This document shows, piece after piece, positions 24,384 to 36,330 of a stretch of 64,000 nt of DNA. The DNA is from Tubiluchus corallicola (lineage: Eukaryota; Animalia; Priapulida), in the NCBI GenBank assembly GCA_030141605.1, contig JAQGDQ010000016.1, forward strand, positions 1-64,000, in the 5' to 3' direction. Every line of letters starts with the position of its first letter. Position 1 is the first letter of the stretch. A model generated the notes under the pieces. It was not told where the DNA came from. It was given only the letters and a program-made list of their open reading frames with translations, and did no database searches. The position numbers were made by a program, and so were the translations under genes.

Positions 24384-27300
24384 ATTATAAACCAAAGAGA
24401 CTAAACTCTTTAAAATTAGCTTTCAAAGAAGCACTGCAGAAAAGAAATCGCAAGGAGGACAGCTGCTGACTTACATCAATTACATCCAAAAAGGTCATAT
24501 AAACACACAATTAGATATCAAAAATACAGAGATTTGGGAGGTTGCAGGTGACAGGGTAGCGTTGCCTAAAGTAACAGCAAGGGTCATGTCAGAGGACGTA
24601 TGACTCCAGAAATGAAATGTCACATGTACAAGAATGTATAGTTTACAAGTAGTACAAGTAGTAGTTTACTAGTATTATATAAAAATGTGGGGCCATCCAC
24701 ATATAACGATCTATCAAGTTTAGGGTAGGTAGGCAGTAGAAGATATAATAATGCCTTTACAACGCAAGGCAGGTAGATGATTTAGTCATGATATCGTTAC
24801 CTGACTTTTTTCAACTTCATGCTTTTTTCTATGCCAGCAGCAGATGATCCTACAATGACGATGCCACTGATGGTTTCCCGTTAATTAACAAAAATGATGT
24901 TGTTGGAAGGAAGAATAAAATGTACAAAAAACGACGTCAGTCTGATATTGATATAAATATAAGGGGTAGGTAGGGGGTGAGGCATGTCATAATGCCATTA
25001 TAAAGCAAGGTAGGTAGGTCCTCAAAATTGGCTGAAAACTTGATATCGTTATATGTAGATGGCCCCTATATTGTGGCACATCTTACCGTATGACTCATTG
25101 TAGCTGGTGTACTTAGTGCAGCAGTTGCAGGTGTAGTATGACTTGACATAGGTGTCACTGGTGCAGCTGGCGTGACGGGGGGAACGGTAGGAAGTCCATC
25201 AAGCATTTCTTCAATGTCAGAATCATTGGCTGGGCTATCGCTTGTTCTGTTCACAGGTGTGCCGCCGTCGTCGTCGTCATCATTGTCACCGCGAATGACA
25301 TCGTCCGTGTCACGAACGGGCAAATCGAAGCGCAGCTTTGTCATGCAAACCTAAAGGGAAGAGTGTTATTATTGTACAAGGTGAAAATCATTATGTTGTA
25401 GTTCACTGAAGCCTTTGTGCCTAAACACACGTTCTTTACAGGAAAACCGGATGATTGTGTAAACACGAATTCAGAATAAAGAATGCTCTAAAACATTAAA
25501 AACTACAATAGCTTTTTTTTTTAAAAAGCTTAGATTAAATACTAATTACCTCGGATACTCAAATTTCGTTAAACTTTTAAAGCTACGTGCGGCTCAGTGA
25601 AACTACTAAGATTGGCAGTGGCGCCTATTTTGTCACGTTCGCGTGACCGACAAATAGAAGGCGGTACCACGATAACCGTGACCATGAACTGCAGTGTTAG
25701 TTTCTGACGTCACATGATGTAAAACCCATTTTTCGTGACATCATACATTTAAACAATACTGTAGCAATTACGCAAATGTGCTTGTTGCAAAAGGGAAGAC
25801 CCCTGCCATTGCACAAACTGTGTTTAGTTTCTGACGTAAGCAATAGCCGTGTTCGGTTGCCGTTAACTAACTTTCTAAGCTAATTAATCAAATATAAGAA
25901 ACAATTGTTAACTCTTATAGGCAAGAAAATGTATATTTTGGACAGTAAATTAAAACGAGATTGAGTCTAAACAATCGTCTGGTCTTCCTTTAATGGAAAA
26001 AGGGATGATTTTTCATATCCTACCACATTTTAGTATGGTACTAAAAGTATACATTTTAACACCTATTATTATGCCTAAGTATCTCTGACACTTAAATGAT
26101 AAACTAAAAAACAACTGAGGAGCTCAGCTAGTAATGACATCACAAATGAACATAATTTTTAACAGCACTAACATTCCACGAGCATGTTGTACAAGTAAAC
26201 AAAGGCAGAAATTGAAGTACAGTGCTACTGTGTGTGATACACCATTTAGTGTGATACACAGAAATTCGGCAAATTTTAGGTTTAAAATTTAAAGCAAAAC
26301 CGGACACAGTTTACGCTTGGAATTTAAAAAATATCTTTTATTAAAAATTGAATTGTCAAAGTTGATATGAATTGATGCTGTGCACTACCTATTTCAATTT
26401 TCGCTTTTGTAAACACACGCAACATGTTCACGGGATGTTTCTGTCATTAGAAAATTACGGCTTTTAGGTTTAAATTCAAATTCAAATAATTGGCTTTGGA
26501 AAACAGTAAATAATTGCTGATTGGCTTGCCTCAAGCTGTAAGATTTACAGGAGTCCAGTTAAGGAGAAAAAACAAATCTATCACAGAATATGTATTGCAA
26601 TCTACATTCTTATCTCGGTTTGCCAGACCTTCCCTTTATGGATGTTAGAAAAATCGGACAAAATCTGGACCAAAAAAAGTCCCGCATACTACGGACACAG
26701 CCCATTGTTTCGCGAGCTGACCGCTAGTTGGCGGGACGTCACTTTGCTTACATCATTACATCAGTGCAACCAAGCAGCGTGTAACGAACATTTAGCTCGT
26801 ATGTCTGGAGCGGCCCATACTAGACATTTTTGAGACAATTAGGCGATTGTTTCTACATAACAGTGAGTCTTATACATGGCACCTATTATTAGCTTAATAT
26901 TAGTAAATACAGACAATCGGCAAATTCCGACCGAAGTCTCCCCATTTCTGTCTGGCAAACCAAGATGTTAATGTATCAGAAAATTTGTTCAGGTGTGAGG
27001 AAATTAACTTCTGAGCTAACATTTAACGAACAGAATCATTTTTAGCATTATTATATAGATCAGGGGTGTGCAAATTATCTGACTAGCCGGGCCACGTTAA
27101 ACTTTCCCGCAATTCCTGTGGGCCACAGGCAGTTTGATCAGGGAGCCAAGTACAGAAAGGCCTAATAACGATTTTTTTGCATCCGACCTGCGTACATCAT
27201 TACTACTACACTCAGTAAACTAGTTTAGAAGTTATTAAAATTTATATTACAAACCATATATTTGTACTTTCAGGACTGATAGTGGTAATTTCATTACAAT

Positions 27301-30300
27301 GCATATTATTCTGTGTAGTACAGTGTTATTAAGCTACAACCGTCTTGTAAGGGTTAATGGCATCCTATCTAGTAGAAAAACTACCAGCACTATCTTTGGG
27401 TTCGTGGCACGCACTTCAGTTGGATACACTCAATTAATCGCCCGGGCCGCACTTTCATTAGGTTGACAAATCTCTTCGCGGGCCACACAAATTCTCTCGG
27501 CGGGCCGCAATTTGCACACCCCTGATATAGATGTCACAGTGTATGCTTCTTAACTCAAAACTCTATTCAAAATGTGATAAGATATGAAAAATTGTCCTGT
27601 TTTCCTTAATAAGAAGTAACATTAGAAATGCCAGGGACAGAATGTTGATATCAGTGACCTGAACTGGTTTTTTCTTGCCTAGGTTTTCCACACGTTCTAG
27701 AACTTCATCAAATGGCATTTTTGGAAACAGCCGATGCGCCCAGTGCTCTAACTTCTGCATCAGGAGCTTTAAGTCTTCTTTCTATAAATGTTAACATAAT
27801 GTAAAGTGTGACATTCATAAATAAATGTTTACTGAAGCTGGCAAGTGTTGTTTTTGTAACAATTCATTACATCCTGACTCCAGGAGCAAATGAGTGAAAA
27901 AAAGAAGTTTATTTGGTCATTTCCAATAAGATGTGTGTAATCTGAAATCAGTGCACAACACACAAATGCAAGACATATTCCGTACGCAGTTATTACGTGG
28001 CATATATGTGCAATATGCATGCATGCAGTATGCATTTATTATATGGCATATAAGTGCAATATGAGTTGCACATATATGCCGCATAATGAATGCATACCGC
28101 GCATGCATATTGCACATATATGCCACATAATGAATGCATACTACACACCAATCAAACATTTTTGTGTATGGACATTCATACATATACTGATAATACAATG
28201 TGTTGGCCAATCATTATTTTTGGAACAGAAATCGAAATTGGGAGCCCGCCATAGCAAAATTTCATTTGAACACGAATCGCTGAATAATATGTTTGCAAAA
28301 ATATTGCTTCACGGTGATTATGTTTTCAACCCTTTCCAATTTCCATGACTTTTCGCCTCATTTTCCCTGACTTTTTACCAAATTATATTTTCCCTGTCTT
28401 TTTCATGACTTTCTAGGATAGCCTGTATTTTCAAGGATTTTAAAGGATTTTCTCTGACCGTGGGAACCGTGTCAACCCTTGCCGGACACTAATCACATTA
28501 AAACCTTAGACACCACCGACACTTACGCTATTCCAGGTTAATGTCCACCGCCACCTCCACCCCTCAAGATCCAGTTAAGTATAAAAAAATGTGAATTGAT
28601 TCTTTACCTCGTGGCCTCTGCCTTTGAACTTGACATCTCTGTAATAATCCATAAGAGCAGGCAAGCCTCGATCTCCACACAATCTGAACCGCGAAAAAAG
28701 AATTTCAATACGAAACTGTAAATATGCTTTGAAGGTGAAACGCTTTGATGTAACTTGCATTTTCGTTTTTTTTAGTTCAAAAGTTCATTTATTTCCAATA
28801 TTATATTCATAAGATAATTACAACAAATTATGTAAATTATTATTCATAAATAATCAATTATATTTCTATCTGGCAAACTGTCCAAAATCTGTAAAATTTA
28901 ATAGCACTTCTTTGGTGTATGCAATAGTGCTGTGCCGGTTAATCAATTTTATCGAAAGTCAGTCGGACGTGGTGTTTGACTAAGCGCTCGATCATAAATT
29001 AACATAATCGATAATTGCTTAATACAATAGCAAGTGCAAAATTTTGCACACCTTGGCACTAGTTTCTGATGCTTAGTTGTAGGGTTGATATCAACAAATG
29101 TCGTTAGTAAAATATTTTAATCAATATGCGTGATAAATTTATCAAATCTTTGATAAAGCGGCAACATTACTCGGTCATTAATACACCAATTTGGCAGAAA
29201 ATCTGATACTTTTTAGCCTCCAGCACAATGAGCATCATACAAAATGGCAACCCTGGCCAAGAGTTAACCATGGAAAAACATGGCCGCAGCCTGCGTTCCC
29301 CACAAGAGCGATGTTATAATAATTATTGTGTTTTACGTTTTAAATTAGAAAAATATGCTTTTATATGACTGTATCAAGTATTTGAATGTACAAAAAATTT
29401 ACAAAAATTCCCGGCAGAAACAAAAGTATTTTTATTGTCAGTCTAACATTGTACACTGACACAACTCTACAAAATATTACAATTGAACATTGAAGGTCAG
29501 TGATTGATCATAGAAATTAGACCGATTTCCAACAGTAGTATTGCAAGCACAGATGCACGTATGCGCCTGCACGGTGTGCACACACACAAACAGGAAATAA
29601 AAGCTTTCTTTTTCTATTTCACAATTTTCATTTACATTTTAAACAATGATTTTGCGTAGCTTCCCTACTTTTGAATTAGAACTGTTATCGAATTATCGCT
29701 CTTTCAATTTTGAAACCAAAAATTGCAATAAGGTACCTAGTAGCATCAAGTTTAGGCTGAGGACGACTTGTTCTCTTTCTAACTTGTGCCACTTCCATCT
29801 CACCTTCTGGTACGGCAACTTCAGCGCCACCTGGGAAGAAAATAAACATTTACAGTAGGCCAAGTTTTCGGAAATGCTTAGGCTTTATACAACATAAACT
29901 GATTACACATATAATAAGCCTTTTCACAGTTTTCTTGTGAGCACGTGCAGTTGCTCTAGGTAAGGTTCTAGCTAGCTGTTAAAACTGTCAGTATTACAAT
30001 AGCATGAGCTGCGAGGCATTTCAAGTGTACACAAAGGTATTGTCTAGTACACTTAACCTTTGACCTTTTCATGACCGCCATCAATTGCTGGAACTGTGAA
30101 AAGGCTCACTGAATCGGAAATAATTAAAAGGGCAATGGAGCAAAAGAGACACATGGACACGTCTCTACAAACTTTTAAATTTGCACTTTGGGTTCCTGCG
30201 GTACTTCGCTCTACCATATCACAATAACCCATAGCCTGACCCTGGCGGGCACCAGGTCTGGTGACTATGGCACTGTCTCTAGCCCTACAGTATTATCTAT

Positions 30301-30505
30301 TTTGTGGCTCGTCATAAAGTGTCATGAAAGAAAAAAATGGCATACCATCAGCTGCATCACCTGCTGCTTCATTATTGATTTCATCAAGAGATGGCAGCAT
30401 TGCCTGCACAGGGTAAACATCATCGTCTTCATCAATGTCATCTGCTGCTCGATCAATGTTTGCACCAAACAAATCATCCATTTCCAAATCAACAGTTTGC
30501 ATCAT
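21090..30505 (-). CDS. TIPIN: TIMELESS-interacting protein (Swi3/Csm3 domain), about 1026 aa, with an extended C-terminus
   Basis: Exons 30505-30346, 29830-29737, 28683-28608, 27781-27659, 25350-25087 and 23453-21090. All junctions are GT-AG and frame-consistent (3081 nt). Swi3 domain: [19 protein letters not shown]...[59 protein letters not shown]. It also has the [24 protein letters not shown] helix. Confidence 0.92.
21410..22545 (-). repeat. 201-bp (67-aa) coding tandem repeat, 5 full units plus 1 partial, in the TIPIN last exon
   Basis: GCGAATTTT recurs at 21530, 21731, 21932, 22133, 22334 and 22535, and the frame stays open throughout. Confidence 0.95.
24171..24388 (+). mobile_element. 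tRNA(Gly-like)-derived SINE
   Basis: A box TAGCTCAATGG (about 24180), B box GGTTCAACTCC (24223) and a Gly-like CTCGCTTTCCAC stretch, followed by a body and a (GTT)n tail. Confidence 0.65.
24689..25066. mobile_element. MITE with a 22-bp TIR (Harbinger-like)
   Basis: GGGGCCATCCACATATAACGAT...ATCGTTATATGTAGATGGCCCC. Confidence 0.8.
26612..26966. mobile_element. MITE with a 17-bp TIR, superfamily unassigned
   Basis: ATCTCGGTTTGCCAGAC...GTCTGGCAAACCAAGAT. Confidence 0.65.
27061..27524. mobile_element. hAT (Charlie-like) MITE with a perfect TSD
   Basis: Perfect 16-bp TIR CAGGGGTGTGCAAATT...AATTTGCACACCCCTG, perfect 8-bp TSD ATATAGAT, and subterminal CGGGCC motifs. Confidence 0.92.
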
Positions 30506-30604
30506 CTTGATCTGTTACAATTAAATAACCTGAAAATTTACAAGTAACTGTATTACATTTCATGGCACAAATATACAATTAAAATTAAATTTGACATTAA
30601 TTTA

Positions 30605-31083
30605 CAGTGAACTTCGGATATAAGGGACACCTCCGGACATGAAAAAATTGTCCCTTATAGCCGAAGTTGAGTTAGACCGAGGGTGTTTCTAAACCTGTAC
30701 TTTTCTGCACTTTAACCAATATTTTAACGGATCATTGCTACACATTCAGTACAAACGGTGTGTAGGAAGTGCCTTCAGTGATGTGAGATGTATGTGACCA
30801 TGGAAACCGAGCTGTTCGAAAGCTGAGTTGGCAAAAAATTGAGGTTAAAAATCATTCAATTTCGCATTGATCATAGGGTCCCTTATGTGCGAGGTTATTT
30901 ACCTGGGTCTCTATTATGCTGGACCTGAATATATCGTCCCTTATAACCGAAAGGCCCATATATCCGAGTACCTCATATACGAAGATTTTTATAAGAGAAC
31001 CTTACGAAAAATCGGGACTGGTGCTGGTGGTCCCTTGTAAGCCAGTCCTTTATAAGCGAGTACCTTACACCCGAGGTTGACTG
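30605..31083. mobile_element. pogo/Tigger-like MITE
   Basis: TA|CAGTGAACTTCGGATATAAGG...CCTTACACCCGAGGTTGACTG|TA, with internal CCTTATAxCCGAG repeats. Confidence 0.8.
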
Positions 31084-32161
31084 TACTTGAAAACAGGAAA
31101 TGTGAAAGAATAGAAACACAGTCCAGATTTGAACCAGAGATGTTCTATTTACAAGGCATACACTACCATATAACCATATAACCTACCATATAACCCATGG
31201 ACTATGACAGTCCAAAGTTCTGGCCAACCATTTCAGCCATTCGCAATGCTAGATCACACTCAACTTGATAGAATGTTTCTAACTTATTTGAATAATTTAG
31301 AACTGGCTCCCTAGCTATAACAAACGACTGTCGTAATTGCTGGAGAATAAAGTATTCTAGTGGTTTATAGTGCCTCTCTTGTAAGCAGAAGTTTCCTAAT
31401 TCAAACCCAGGCTGCATTCAAACTTTTCACATTTCCCATCTTTCAAATTTTGTTTCAAATTTAATAAACTTTATATTAAGATTTGCATTGCGCAGCCCTC
31501 AAAAATGTGCATTTTTGCCATTTTGACTGTAATTTTGATTTGTGTGTGTGCATTCTATAAAAACAGAAATTCTGTTTTTTATAAACCTGCTCCATATCTA
31601 CTATGATTAATATTATTGATATTAATGCGGTGCGAATAACAATTTTATGAAAGATATGATATGGTGGCTAAACAGTAAAATTATGGGAAGTTGCTAAGCA
31701 AGCACTCGCTGCACTCCTGTAGTGTATGTACAATGCTGGATGAGCTGATACCCTTTTGAAGCATTATCTTTTTAACCTAACACGTTTTACTCAAACAGTA
31801 AAATAAACACCAGAAACATAACAAAACACCTTTGTTGAATCTGATAATCGGTCTTAATTGTCTCGTCCGACCTAGGCAAAAACAGCCTTGGTAAAATCTC
31901 TTCAAATATACTGCAATGTAGAGAGTCGAATTTGTTTCTTTTCTCTCTCCGAAGTTCTTGGATTCTGCCAGCTTCTAAACAGTTGTCTATGATGAATATT
32001 CAAAATTCATCATTACAATTAAGACTTACGCAAAAAGAAAACGCGAAAATGCTAAAAGGCCTACAGAAACAGAAATCTACAAAAAGTCGCTGTATTAATT
32101 TTGTTTACTAACAGCGATTGACTTTCGCGGTAAATCTGATGATGATCGTGTCGCTTACCAT

Positions 32162-32425
32162 CCTGCCGGACAGTTACAGCATCTGATATTTTTGCAGGGG
32201 AAATTTAATAAGGAATTTAACATAGTAAAATCAGTTATGCATGTTATTTAACACAATAATTAATGTCTTACATTGCTTTTATTTATTTTTGATTTTTTCA
32301 ATTTGTTTGTTCGTGTTTGAAATACTGTGCGATAGCGTCGCCTAAAATTGAAATTAATCCAACAATAAATCAGTAACACATGCAATTACGAAGCGCCAGC
32401 AGTTCAAGAAATTCTTCGAGCAAAA
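32162..32425. promoter_or_regulatory. Putative bidirectional promoter between TIPIN and SMYD5
   Basis: A minus-strand ATG|GTAAGC donor at 32161-32153 could splice in frame to AACAG|ATCAAGATG at 30511. The SMYD5 ATG is at 32426. Inferred from geometry only. Confidence 0.5.
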
Positions 32426-35400
32426 ATGACAGCGCCCGTTGTCGAAGCACGTGTGATAAATGAAAAGGTTAATTTGAAGCGTTTACATTTAAATTCATCC
32501 AAATTACCTTCGGGGGTTAATATTTATTATCAATACAACACTTTTTTTTAATTATTTCCCTGATTCAACTTTAAACACTCACGAAACTTTAATTTCTACC
32601 GATGTTATGTATTCCACGATTCAGCTTTAAACACTCATGAAGCTTCAATTTTCTTTTCGAAATTAAATTAATAAATTTTTTCCTCCCTTCTTACGGACAT
32701 TATTTTTTGAGCTCACCAGCTTTAGATTAGATTAATTGGTAGTAAATCTTGTTTTTGGTTTTGTAAAAGATTTGGCTTTGTAAGATAAATGCTATAGTGT
32801 GGACTTGATGACCTTTCGGTCTTTTGCCACCCTGTCTCTCTTAGCTGTCACAACATTTGTTAAAGCTATGTTTACTACATTAGTGAGACAAATATATATT
32901 ATTCTGTATTTTGTATAGGTAAAACACATGTTAGTGCCTTCTTTAATTCTATGCTTAAGTTAGTTATGCGTTTTACAGGGAAAGTGTTTGTTTGCTAAAA
33001 AGTCGTTTCACCATGATGAAGTTATACTGGAGGAGGCGCCACTTGTCAGCTGTCAGTTTGTGTGGAACAAGTTTTACAATTACCGAGCTTGCGACTACTG
33101 CATGCGGCCACTAGAAACAGCTGAGGAAAATGCCAGACGTCTGACTGGTAATCTTCATCTTCGTCTTCCTCATCTGGAATGCTGTGCAGTACAGAAGCTT
33201 TCGCACGTTGTTTGTCCGCATTGTCAGGTAACATTTTACCTCTGTGAGGCAAAATGTCTACACTTTTAGTAAACTGCTGCGCAATTGTATGAAAGTTGTC
33301 CATACCCTCAGGTACAGTTCTCTAACTGTTAGGGCAATGTTTCGCTGCGTTGATAAACTTTTCTAGTGTTTCTGTTGGGTACTTGGGTGTCCGCGTAATT
33401 ACCCGTATTGTTTATTACCTGAGCTATTAGCTGACTCATTGATTAAGCGTGCAATGAAGTAATTAAGGTTTGTCAGATAAGACCATGTGCCTTGTGTGTG
33501 AAAACACTAACTTTTGCCACTCACAGCTCATGTGTTCAGGCCTTCAGGGTGTAATAAATGAATGCCTGTTGTTAACATTACATTGCTATTAGTTAAAATA
33601 CACCAGTGAACATAAATTTGTTTATTTGTGAACATAAATGATTACAGTTTCTTCATTGCCATTGAATTTTACCAATCGGGTACCCGGGTACCCAAGAGGT
33701 ATAAGGAATAGGGTACCCGAGTCTAATTTTTGCTACCCGTGTAAACACTAAACTTTTTTGACAACACATAAGACAGCGAGGTATCATCTTGGATTAGCTA
33801 ACTGTTATTAGATATTATTAACTGTTAAAAATGTGATACAAACCCTGTGTAATTAGTAAAATTACTTCGCTTGGGAACTCCTTTTTTGAATTCTTTCACC
33901 AATGATGTCGTTCATTGGCTGAAGAAATGTAATGCTGTCAGAAGTATAAGCTTTACAAAAAATTTGATTGTTATATTTTTGCGTAAACATTAGGCAAGCT
34001 GCAGAAGTTTTAATTAGTGTAAGCAGAGCGTGATTACAGAAAGCCACGACACGGTTAAGAAATGTCAGAAAGTCCATCAGTTGTGTCATAATTTTCATGT
34101 GAATGGCGGCAACCACCATGCCTGAAAATTTCAATGCAACAGTAGTATAAATTAACTTTGTTATATTTTTCTTTCTAAGTTTAAGTGTCAACAGTAAAAT
34201 AAACCCAACATGCTAAGTGACTTGCCTTTTCGTTTAATGTTTTTTTTCCAAGAAAATATAATAAGCGTCTGAAGCCTTGATAAAATAAAGAAATGATTTT
34301 GGGTTTTAACCCGATGACTAGTGGTATTCTTCCGTCTTTTTCAAGGTCGTTTATTGCTGTGACGAGTGTAGACAAGCAGCATGGAGTCGTTATCATCAGG
34401 TACTGTGTCAAGGGTCCTCGATTGCCGATCCCCTGCATCCGTTAAATATCTTACAAGAAACATGGAGGTGAATAATCAACATCACTGTATTCAGCTTTGT
34501 TATTTCATATTTTAACAAGGATATAAAATTTCATTTATTAACCCCAATTAGTCGGAACTGGTACTGGCAATTTACTGGTGTGACCACGATTTTCTTACCG
34601 GATGACTTATGTTTTCACAAGCTAATAAAATATTATGTTATTTTTATTAATTAATAGACAAGAAAACATTCCTCATAAATAAAGCTAAAAATATTCATCT
34701 TGAAATTTTATCTATCATTTACATGCTATCTTATGGTGTAGGGAGCTTGTATTAACAGTAACCCTGTACAAAATTTGTAAATTTTTAAACTCACATGTTG
34801 GCTGCTAGGCAAGCCATTTTAACAGTAAGTTGCTTAAAACAAGTTCAGGTAACATTGCACAAATCATCAGACCATGCCTAACACACTCTTTGTTAACTAA
34901 GCAAAAGTATAAATTATTTTATATTGTCCACTGCGTAACATTGCGTAAACTTTGAAAAAATAATCAGAGCATTCTTAGCACACCGTTCACTAACTAAGCC
35001 AAAGTGTAAATTATATTATACTGCCAAGAAGATCAATAATGTGTTTATTGATAAGCCAATGGTGATACAGTGATGTTTTACCAGTTGGCGTGAATATTTT
35101 AAATGATTAGGAATTCTGTTTTTCAGTTACATAACTATTTCAAATGGCTAAGCATAATGATAAGTAATATAACTTTATATGGAATTTTTTCTTGGGATAT
35201 TTGTACTTTAAAGTTCCCTTTTTCCCTTTATAAATGGCTTGTGTCTCCTATCAAGTTATGGTAAGAAATTCTTTGCAAATGCAATACCACAAATTTGATA
35301 AAACAATGTCTAAACGAGTTATGAAACTTAATCAAGATCTTGGCGCTATTGAATTACCATTCGTGAAATAATTATTGCCACAAAATGGCGATTACATATT

Positions 35401-36099
35401 AGAGCAGCTTGTTCTTTGCTGTTACATGCACTTTGCCATTTGCTAGTTAGATTGGCACAGCTTCTGCAAAAAAAAAACAAGAGTGTTGTACCTGTCATTT
35501 CAGTGGTGTTCAGTTGTGATGTAGTGCACACATTTGAGAGCTCATGCACTGGCACAATGGTAAAAAACATTTATTAACCAGATTTGCTTAGCCATTGTAT
35601 GCTTCAGATAACAACTGTGCTTACCAAAACACTGCCTATGTAAACCACATAAATTGTAGTCATAATGCGCTCCACTAGCAAAATGCCTCATATCTGTCTG
35701 GTTTCACTAACAGCTAAGAAATTCCGTTACTCAAATCTTATACTCTAAAAATGTAACTTTATTCCAAGAATATTTATCCTACCGACCTATACAGCACCTG
35801 GTTTGTTTCATTTTTTTGTAAGTATTTTTTATTGTGTTTCTGTATTTTGTGCATTTTGTCATTAAGAATCTGTGATAATTACTATTGTTTGTACCCCTGA
35901 TGTTGTATTTTGTTGCGTTTATAATTGATGTACTCTTTGTGTCTGTAATACTTTACATATATTGTATATACTTTTAGCTTATCTTAAAATTTTATAGGCA
36001 GCTGCTATTGCTGCTGCTACTACTATCAACTACAACAAACAACAAGAACAACAACAACAGCTGCTGCTGCTGCTGCTACTGCTACTGCTACTGCTACTG

Positions 36100-36158
<59 letters not shown>

Positions 36159-36180
36159 ACTGCTACTGCTACTGCTACTG

Positions 36181-36239
<59 letters not shown>

Positions 36240-36261
36240 ACTGCTACTGCTACTGCTACTG

Positions 36262-36293
<32 letters not shown>

Positions 36294-36297
36294 ACTG

Positions 36298-36330
<33 letters not shown>

